Below are positions 56,835 through 64,000 of a DNA stretch of 64,000 nt, one piece after another. The stretch is from an uncultured Bacteroidota bacterium. Its GTDB lineage: Bacteria > Bacteroidota > Bacteroidia > Bacteroidales > UBA10428. The stretch spans positions 1,505,348 through 1,569,347 of the forward strand of contig CAVTDR010000006.1 in assembly GCA_963733535.1 (NCBI GenBank). Reading direction: 5' to 3'. The notes beneath the pieces are model-generated. The model had not been told where the DNA came from and did not search any database. It worked only from the letters and a program-made list of their open reading frames with translations. The stretch's first letter is position 1. The number at the start of each line of letters is the position of its first letter. The position numbers and the translations under genes were made by a program.

Positions 56835-57401
56835 ATGAAATCGGATGCTGATCTGATTTTGCTTTTAGGACAGGGCGATGAACAAGCTTTCGAAACCATT
56901 TTTAACCGGTTTTTCGATGAATTGTGCCGCTTTGCCAAAAGCATGGTCCGCGATAAAAATGTAGCCGAAGATATTGTGGAAGATATTTTTATGCATCTCT
57001 GGGTTCATTGCAATTTAAATCCTGTAACAACCACCATTAAAGGCTATTTATACCGCAGCACGTATAACAATTCCATTAAGTATATAAGCCGAAAAAAAAC
57101 TTTCGTATCTCTTTCAGGAGCATCCTCTGAAGAAGATCATAACCCTTTTGTTTTTCAGGCAGATGCTTATTCACTCGATTCGCTGATAGCCGAAGAAATG
57201 CATGATAAATTTGAGCAGGCCATTGATAAATTCCCCGAACAATGCAAAGCTATTTATCTGATGCACCGGGATGAAGATTTAAATTACAGGCAGATATCAG
57301 ATAAGCTTCACGTTTCGGAAAGTACCGTCAAAACCCAAATGGCTCGTGCGTATACCAAATTACGCAATTGCCTGAAAGCCATTACTCCTGTTTTTTTTTA
57401 A
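56835..57401 (+). CDS. RNA polymerase ECF-type sigma-70 factor (PUL-associated)
   Basis: It has sigma region 2 and the region 4 HTH (YRQISDKLHVSESTVKTQMARAYTKLRN). A FecR-like gene follows. Confidence 0.85.
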   Translation: MKSDADLILLLGQGDEQAFETIFNRFFDELCRFAKSMVRDKNVAEDIVEDIFMHLWVHCNLNPVTTTIKGYLYRSTYNNSIKYISRKKTFVSLSGASSEEDHNPFVFQADAYSLDSLIAEEMHDKFEQAIDKFPEQCKAIYLMHRDEDLNYRQISDKLHVSESTVKTQMARAYTKLRNCLKAITPVFF

Positions 57402-57464
57402 AATAAGTTGCCCCGCTTGTCGACTTTTTTTCCTTTCGTGGATCATCATAATAACACATACGAT

Positions 57465-58604
57465 ATGAAAGATAAATCAAATCAGGGTCAGATTATGGAT
57501 GAAATGTTGGTGCAATATCTTATTGGTCCTATCAGCGAGCCGGATCGAAAAACCATCGAAGAATGGCTACTCGAGTCTCCTGAAAACCTTAAATATTTCA
57601 ATTCATTAAAAGATTTATATTTCCTTGGAAGAATCACATCTGGGAATATCAAATTTGATAAAGAGCAAAGCCTGGAGCGAATCAAATCGCGTTATTACAG
57701 GCTTAAAGCAGACGAAATACCCGAAAAGAAAAATAATTTCCGGATACGCTATTGGACTGCTATAGCTGCTTGTTTTGTTTTAGCAGTGGGGTTGGGCTTT
57801 TATCTGAAATCGGTTTTTACAGGATCGGAACCCATGCCTGCCCAGACCGCAAAGGCTTACAATGAAATCACTGCACCCATGGGATCCCGTCCAAAAATCG
57901 TACTTCCCGATGGAAGTATTGTTTGGCTAAATGCCGGTAGCACACTGAAATATCCCATGAATTTTTTAACGGACAACCGGGAAGTACAACTATCAGGAGA
58001 AGCTTTTTTTGAAGTATCTAAAATGCCGGATAAACGATTTGTGGTAAATGCCAGTGATATTGCCATTCGTGTTTGGGGTACCAAATTTAATGTAAAGGCT
58101 TATCCTGAAGAAAAAACTATTGAAACAACATTGGTTGAAGGTTCTGTTTCCATAGAAAAACTGAAAGGAAAATCTAAAGAAAAAGCAACTTATTTATCTC
58201 CCAATCAGGTCGCTGTGTTTTATAAAGCGGATGAAGACAGCAGGATTATGGTAAGAGATCAGGCACTGGAACAGGTTGACGCCAAATCAAGGATGCTGAT
58301 CAAAGAAAAAATCAATACCCTGTTGTATACTTCCTGGAAAGATGAAAAATGGGTAATCGAAGGAGAACAACTGGGAGATTTGGCAACCGAACTTGAAAGG
58401 AGATATAATGTGGATATTATTTTTGATAATAATTCAATTAAGAATTATCGCTTTACCGGAACCTTTACAAATGAAACCTTTGAGCAATTGCTGGAGATTA
58501 TCAAAATGTCAGCACCCATTGATTTTTCTGTCAACAACAATACCATTTTGCTGAAGGAAAATTCATCCTCCAGGAAAAAATACGATAAATTCTTAACCCG
58601 ATAA
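57465..58604 (+). CDS. FecR family anti-sigma factor / transmembrane sensor
   Basis: The tracked ORF starts at TTG 57408, and the likely ATG is at 57465 (MKDKSNQGQ). It has a single TM (WTAIAACFVLAVGLGFYL), a FecR domain and a C-terminal DUF4974-like part. Confidence 0.8.
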   Translation: MKDKSNQGQIMDEMLVQYLIGPISEPDRKTIEEWLLESPENLKYFNSLKDLYFLGRITSGNIKFDKEQSLERIKSRYYRLKADEIPEKKNNFRIRYWTAIAACFVLAVGLGFYLKSVFTGSEPMPAQTAKAYNEITAPMGSRPKIVLPDGSIVWLNAGSTLKYPMNFLTDNREVQLSGEAFFEVSKMPDKRFVVNASDIAIRVWGTKFNVKAYPEEKTIETTLVEGSVSIEKLKGKSKEKATYLSPNQVAVFYKADEDSRIMVRDQALEQVDAKSRMLIKEKINTLLYTSWKDEKWVIEGEQLGDLATELERRYNVDIIFDNNSIKNYRFTGTFTNETFEQLLEIIKMSAPIDFSVNNNTILLKENSSSRKKYDKFLTR

Positions 58605-58741
58605 ATCCAAAAAAAGCCTATGATAAAATAAACTTCAATACATACAAAAGCGCAAGGTGCGCGAACACCCTGCGCTATAAGTCCAAATGCAACCTTATTG
58701 ACGTAAGGTTTAACCTAAGTACGAACTTAACATGCAAATTT

Positions 58742-61700
58742 ATGAAAAAAAATCAATGGTATCACACTCCGTCCCTAAACGGAGGATACCACAAACTACT
58801 CCTGATTATGAAACTATCCTTTGTCATTAGTCTGGTGTTTGCTGTCACATTATCAGCAAATACTTTTTCACAGAATGGCAGAATAACAATCAACATGGTT
58901 GATGTCACTGTCAAAGATGTGATTAAATCGATTGAGGCAGGAAGCAACTACCGGTTTTTCTACAATGATGAACTGACAGATATTTCAAAAGTAGTCAGTG
59001 TAAATTATAAAGAAACCCAGATTTCTGACGTGCTGAATGCTTTATTTCAGAATACGGGAATTACCTATAAGGTTCTCGAAAACAATCTGATTGTTATTGC
59101 ACCTCAAACTGCTATTCAAGCTACCAAAGTAACAGGTACTGTTACAGATGCTGCAACAGGTGATCCCATGCCAGGGGTGAACATTTTAATAGAAGGCACC
59201 AATTCCGGTGTAGCTACCGATATTGACGGAAAATACACCCTGGAATTGAATAATCCTGATGCAGTATTGGTATTTTCCTATATCGGTTACCTGTCACAAA
59301 CAATTCCGGTAGGAGGAAAATCCGTAATTGATATTAAGCTAGCCGCAGATGTAAAAACGCTGGAAGAAGTAGTGGTAATTGGTTATGGATCTATCAAGAA
59401 AAACGACCTGACCGGTTCCGTTGGTTCTGTATCCTCAGACGATCTGGTTTCAAAAGGAACTACTTCTGTAATGAGTGCATTGCAAGGTTCTATTGCAGGT
59501 GTTAGTATTACAAATACTTCGGGCCGGCCAGGAGGAAATTTTTCGGTGCAGATCCGTGGACAAAACTCTATTGATAAATCTGAACCTTTATATGTAGTTG
59601 ATGGTATTGTTACACAGGATATTGAATTTTTAAATCCTTCTGATATTGAGCGTGTTGATATTTTAAAGGATGCCTCTTCAACAGCGATTTATGGCTCGCG
59701 TGGTTCAAGCGGAGTTATTCTGGTTCAAACCAAGAATGCCAATGTGAATCAATCTGCTAAAATGAGAATATCTTACGATGGCTATGTGGGTGTTCGTAAA
59801 CTCGCCAGATTGCCCGATTTTATGGATGGCCGCGAATGGGTAGATTTTCGGACATCATGCTACTATTCATGGGATGCGACTACGCAAAGCTATACCCTTC
59901 CCAGCCAAAGTGCTATATTAAACGCATCTCCTGTTGTCGCCCAAAGGTTGTACGAAGAAGATTATGAAGATTGGCTTGGCCTTGCCACCGGGGATGGAAA
60001 ACAGCAGAATCATTTTTTGAATATATCCGGTGCAGCCAGTAACATTGCCTATAATATAGGGATTGGATATCAGAATGAAGAAGGAAATTTTGTTCGTGAA
60101 TCGTTGGATCGCTATACTGCTAAAATCAATTTAACACATAAGGCATCCGACATATTCCAAACAGGGTTCAATCTGAATTTGTCACAGACAACTTCCAATC
60201 AGGGGAGTCAATATGGTTACCGTGACTTAATGAAATTACCTGATATTCTACATGCTTATGATGACGATGGTAATATCATACCGCAACCTGGTATCCGTAG
60301 CGTACTTGGCACCGGAGCATCCGGAAATTTTACAAGTACCGCTAATCCTTTGCTTGAAATAGAAAATGGTTCTCAGGAAAAACGCAGACAGGATGTAATT
60401 TCCAGTATTTTTGCTCAGATCTCTCCATTAAAAGGACTCGATTTTAAATCCACCCTTTCATTTCGTTTTAATAAAACAAGAGACGGTAAATATTTTGGGC
60501 AGATTACGGGAAACAGAAGCGAAAGCTTTGCTTCTGCAAGAAATGCTGAAGCATTTGAATATACCTGGGACAATCAATTATCATATAGCCGGACAATAGG
60601 TTTACATAACCTGAACGCTACTATATTTAGCAGCATGTATCATACACGCGGAGAAGATACTTATTTGGAAGCCAATAATTTGCCTTATGATTCCAAATGG
60701 TATAATCTTAGAAGTGGCAATTTAACTGATAATTCCAGCTCTTCCTATACAGAAAGTTCTTTACTATCCTATGCAGGACGTGTTAATTACGAATTCAACA
60801 ACAAATACCTGCTTACAGCCACTCTCCGGTATGACGGTAGTTCAAAATTGAGAGATAAATGGGCTGCATTTCCGTCTTTTGCTCTCGCATGGAGGGCATC
60901 AGAAGAAACCTTCCTGAAGAACATCGACATGCTGTCTAATTTAAAACTTAGGTTTAGCTATGGCTTTTCAGGAAATAACAATATAGATCCATATAGCACT
61001 GCACTTACTCCAAGAACTCAAATTGTGGCCTATTATGACTTTAATGGTGCTACAGTAACCGGTTTCTTGCCGGGCCTACCCGTAAATCAAAATCTGACAT
61101 GGGAAAAAACCAGAGAAATAAATTTCGGTGTTGATTATGGTTTCCTGAAAGGACGAATCAACGGTAATGTAGATATTTACAATAAACTGTCTAAAGAATT
61201 GCTTCTGGAGCGTTCTCTGACCATTGAAAGTGGTGTGTCTAAAATGACAGACAATGTTGGTTCAGTTAGAAATAAAGGGGTTGAAATTTCATTAAATACG
61301 GTGAATATTGATGCCCGGAACTTTAAGTGGACTACCAATTTTACGTTTGCCAGGAATATCAATGAGATTATTGAATTATATGGAAAGAAAGAAGATGTGG
61401 TTGGAGAAGAATTGTTTATTGGCGAACCCATTAATGTGATTTATGATTATAAAATTCTTGGTGTATGGACAAAGGCCGAATATGATGCCGGATTAACTGA
61501 ATACAGGGACGATGCAAATAATTTGGTTTACAAAGCAAAATATGGCGAAGCAAAAACGCAGGATTCTGACAGGAATGGGGTTTTAAATGAATCTGATAAG
61601 AGAATTCTGGGGTCGCCTGATCCAAAATGGACTGGTAGCTTTACTTCTACGCTACAATTTATGAATTTCGATTTCAGCTTCAATATTTATACAAGCCAGG

Positions 61701-62176
61701 GCGTATTTATCCTTGATAAATTTACGGATCAGTATGGTTATAATACACAGCGTGGTATGGCTAAAGTCGACTTCGATTATTATGTACCACCTAATGTACC
61801 AGTTCCTGACTGGGATAATTTTACCGTCAATGGAAGTGGGCAGGCTACAATGAACTGGAAAGATTCCGGCGAAGGCCATGAAAATGCCAAGTATCCGATT
61901 TATAAAAACATAAATGGAGCGTATTATGGCACCAATGGAAATTATCAGGACGCTTCTTTCATAAAGGTTAAAAACATCACCGTGGGTTATACGCTTCCTT
62001 CAAACTGGATTAATAAAGCGCATATTTCCTATTTGCGTATTTATGCCAATGTATTGAATCCTTTCACATTTACCGATTATGTAGGTTGGGATCCGGAATA
62101 TGCAAGCACGGATTTAGTGGACGGAAACGGACCGAGCAATGTGACCTACCAGTTTGGGGTAAACGTTAAGTTTTAA
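58742..62176 (+). CDS. SusC/RagA family TonB-linked outer-membrane protein with N-terminal STN signalling domain
   Basis: It has an STN domain (VTVKDVIKSIEAGSNYRFFY...LENNLIVIA), a CarboxypepD_reg domain (VTGTVTDAATGDPMPGVNILIEG) and a TonB box region (EEVVVIGYG). The 1144-aa protein ends ...GVNVKF. Confidence 0.9.
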   Translation: MKKNQWYHTPSLNGGYHKLLLIMKLSFVISLVFAVTLSANTFSQNGRITINMVDVTVKDVIKSIEAGSNYRFFYNDELTDISKVVSVNYKETQISDVLNALFQNTGITYKVLENNLIVIAPQTAIQATKVTGTVTDAATGDPMPGVNILIEGTNSGVATDIDGKYTLELNNPDAVLVFSYIGYLSQTIPVGGKSVIDIKLAADVKTLEEVVVIGYGSIKKNDLTGSVGSVSSDDLVSKGTTSVMSALQGSIAGVSITNTSGRPGGNFSVQIRGQNSIDKSEPLYVVDGIVTQDIEFLNPSDIERVDILKDASSTAIYGSRGSSGVILVQTKNANVNQSAKMRISYDGYVGVRKLARLPDFMDGREWVDFRTSCYYSWDATTQSYTLPSQSAILNASPVVAQRLYEEDYEDWLGLATGDGKQQNHFLNISGAASNIAYNIGIGYQNEEGNFVRESLDRYTAKINLTHKASDIFQTGFNLNLSQTTSNQGSQYGYRDLMKLPDILHAYDDDGNIIPQPGIRSVLGTGASGNFTSTANPLLEIENGSQEKRRQDVISSIFAQISPLKGLDFKSTLSFRFNKTRDGKYFGQITGNRSESFASARNAEAFEYTWDNQLSYSRTIGLHNLNATIFSSMYHTRGEDTYLEANNLPYDSKWYNLRSGNLTDNSSSSYTESSLLSYAGRVNYEFNNKYLLTATLRYDGSSKLRDKWAAFPSFALAWRASEETFLKNIDMLSNLKLRFSYGFSGNNNIDPYSTALTPRTQIVAYYDFNGATVTGFLPGLPVNQNLTWEKTREINFGVDYGFLKGRINGNVDIYNKLSKELLLERSLTIESGVSKMTDNVGSVRNKGVEISLNTVNIDARNFKWTTNFTFARNINEIIELYGKKEDVVGEELFIGEPINVIYDYKILGVWTKAEYDAGLTEYRDDANNLVYKAKYGEAKTQDSDRNGVLNESDKRILGSPDPKWTGSFTSTLQFMNFDFSFNIYTSQGVFILDKFTDQYGYNTQRGMAKVDFDYYVPPNVPVPDWDNFTVNGSGQATMNWKDSGEGHENAKYPIYKNINGAYYGTNGNYQDASFIKVKNITVGYTLPSNWINKAHISYLRIYANVLNPFTFTDYVGWDPEYASTDLVDGNGPSNVTYQFGVNVKF

Positions 62177-62194
62177 TCCTAAAAAATTACAATT

Positions 62195-63934
62195 ATGAAA
62201 AAAATAATCAGCATATTATTAATTGCTTCATTCTTTTTCGGCTGCAAAGATTTTCTGGAAGAAGAAAACAAAGGAAGCATTGCAAACGATGACTTTTATC
62301 GCACAAAGGTGGGATTTGAAACTTTGATCACTGCAGCTTATTCTTCTCTAAGGTTGACTTATGGTACTTCGATATTACCAGATGATGATGATTTTGATCC
62401 GAAGGAAGATATAACCGCTGTATCGAGCTGTCCATGGTTGCTTCTGGCAGGCACTGATCTTTATCAAAAAACCCGTCAGAACGATCATTTAGGATTGTAC
62501 GAATATGTGAGCCTTTATCCGGATGATGATTACGTGCTTGAATTTTATACCAATTGTTACAATTCAATCCAGACAATTAATACAGGCTTGTATTATGCCG
62601 ATCTGGCAGAAATGGATGAGACACTGAAAGCCCAATATAAAGCTGAACTCCGTTTTCTGAGGGCTTTTTATCATTTTTTGCTGGTAGAACAATTTGGTGG
62701 GATAACCATTAATGACGAGATTACTTTATCTCCCAGAATCGACCTTCCCAGAAATACCATTGAGGATTGTTACGACTTCATCATTTCTGAAATTGAAGAG
62801 AGTCACGCCGATTTATCCGCTAATGCTATGGCACGTGTGAATCAGAATGTGGCAAATCATTATTTGGCTAAGATTTATCTGACACGTGGATGGGACCTGG
62901 GTAATAATGCAGATTTTACTACTGCCAAGCAGTATGCACAAGAGGTTATCAATGCAATGGGGGCTATAACAATTCCTTTTAAAGAATTGTGGAATCCGAA
63001 AAAGGAAAACAGTACGGAGATCATTTTTGCGATACAGTACGGTAGTGCATCCATTAGCAATTTCGATAAAGGAAACACCCAACAGGCATTATTTGGACAG
63101 TATATGGGAGGTGTGGAAACACATCAGAAACTGATGCTTACCCAATTGATTCCAGCCTGGTATCTCCATAAATGGTTTACGGCAAACGATAACCGGTATA
63201 ATGCTACATTCATGCTTACTGCATATGAAAACTATTTTGATTTTTACAGAACGGATCTTGATTATAATCCTGATACGGCTCAATTGAATGTGAGAGCTTA
63301 TTATCCCAGGTTATGGGGACGTGATTATACAAAGGCCGATCTGGATTTATGGAAAACAACCCATGATACCCTTGCAAGCTTTGTTTCCTATCCTTTTCTG
63401 GAAAACGATGAAGAAGCTTACAGGGCCAGTTTCCAGCGGGATTTTTATACACCAGTCATTAAGAAATTTGACAGTCCTGCTTCCCGGGATTATGGCTCCT
63501 CAAATACAAATTCCAGTGTAAGAGACATTGTTCTGGCTCGTTTAGCAGAAGATTATTTCATATATGCTGAGGCCTGTATTGGACTTAATGATTATGTTAC
63601 TGCTGCTGATTACGTTCAGGATGTTCTGGATCGTCCGGGTAATGCCAAATCAGGTTCTCTCACAAATGGTATTGCAGCTGCAACTTCTCAACAGGAAGCA
63701 CTGGAACAATATCTCATTGAAAGTGGAAAGGAATTCGCCGGTGAATATAACGGTCGTTGGCCCGAATTGAGACGCACCGGTATGCTTGAGTTTATGGTGG
63801 AAAAATACAATTATGATATCAGGAAACAAGGTATTGATCTGGATTGGAGCAAATATAAACTCAGACCTATACCTCAGAAGGCCATCAATTTAAACGAAGG
63901 TATTACAGATGAAGATCAGAATCCCGGATATTAG
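62195..63934 (+). CDS. SusD/RagB family nutrient-binding outer-membrane lipoprotein
   Basis: The lipobox FFFGC is followed by KDFLEEE, a Bacteroidota surface-export-like acidic motif. It lies immediately downstream of the SusC-like gene and has TPR-like SusD motifs (EIRFLRAFYHF). Confidence 0.9.
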   Translation: MKKIISILLIASFFFGCKDFLEEENKGSIANDDFYRTKVGFETLITAAYSSLRLTYGTSILPDDDDFDPKEDITAVSSCPWLLLAGTDLYQKTRQNDHLGLYEYVSLYPDDDYVLEFYTNCYNSIQTINTGLYYADLAEMDETLKAQYKAELRFLRAFYHFLLVEQFGGITINDEITLSPRIDLPRNTIEDCYDFIISEIEESHADLSANAMARVNQNVANHYLAKIYLTRGWDLGNNADFTTAKQYAQEVINAMGAITIPFKELWNPKKENSTEIIFAIQYGSASISNFDKGNTQQALFGQYMGGVETHQKLMLTQLIPAWYLHKWFTANDNRYNATFMLTAYENYFDFYRTDLDYNPDTAQLNVRAYYPRLWGRDYTKADLDLWKTTHDTLASFVSYPFLENDEEAYRASFQRDFYTPVIKKFDSPASRDYGSSNTNSSVRDIVLARLAEDYFIYAEACIGLNDYVTAADYVQDVLDRPGNAKSGSLTNGIAAATSQQEALEQYLIESGKEFAGEYNGRWPELRRTGMLEFMVEKYNYDIRKQGIDLDWSKYKLRPIPQKAINLNEGITDEDQNPGY

Positions 63935-63960
63935 GTCGTAAGTTTTATAGGGTTATTTGC

Positions 63961-63997
63961 AAGGGTAGTTCGCATAAAACTGAACTACCCTTTGTTT
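63961..63997 (+). terminator. Hairpin terminator after the SusD-like gene
   Basis: The sequence aagggtagttc-gcataaaact-gaactaccctt forms an 11-bp perfect stem followed by TGTTT. Confidence 0.55.
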
Positions 63998-64000
63998 AAT

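Noticed and set aside
1-64000. Search for mobile elements, prophage, integrases, toxin-antitoxin or known defence systems (RM, CBASS, retron, Abi and others)
   Set aside because: None of the translated ORFs showed transposase, integrase or reverse-transcriptase motifs, nucleases with defence context, or other hallmark motifs I recognise. No terminal inverted repeats or tRNA-adjacent island structure follows tRNA-Val.

Overview
This is a 64-kb chromosomal segment from a Bacteroidota genome. The diagnostic content is an ECF-sigma/FecR/SusC/SusD locus, a T9SS C-terminal sorting domain, gldE-gldD downstream of mutY-ssb, lipoprotein signals, and TAnnTTTG-type -7 promoter boxes. I support about 64 densely packed protein genes on both strands and one tRNA-Val(GAC). 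One of the protein genes is a 31-codon basic ORF missing from the ORF track. I found no rRNA, CRISPR array, transposase, integrase or phage genes, and no gene I recognise as a known defence system. Most content is housekeeping: rsmI, ddl, rng, HU, mutY, ssb, pth, L25, prs, engB, manA, dsbD and hsp20. The rest is envelope and regulatory modules: two ECF sigma operons, two two-component systems, two TetR-linked exporters, and lipid-related genes. The most unusual observations are as follows. (1) A single uninterrupted 1484-codon ORF joins a complete RND inner-membrane pump to a complete TolC-like outer-membrane factor, through a segment that looks like a Sec signal peptide. It sits in a TetR / small beta-barrel / MFP operon. 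(2) A compound heptamer and 14-mer tandem-repeat block lies just upstream of that operon's promoter. (3) A bS22-like 31-aa ribosomal-type peptide gene lies between HU and rng. (4) A Spinster-like MFS / membrane-anchored acyltransferase / SDR / VOC cluster could be a lysolipid or ether-lipid remodelling module. (5) A bacterial GGGP-synthase (archaeal-type ether-lipid enzyme) homolog sits next to a PPTase. All functional calls come from reading the translated ORFs and recalling family motifs. No database search was run.
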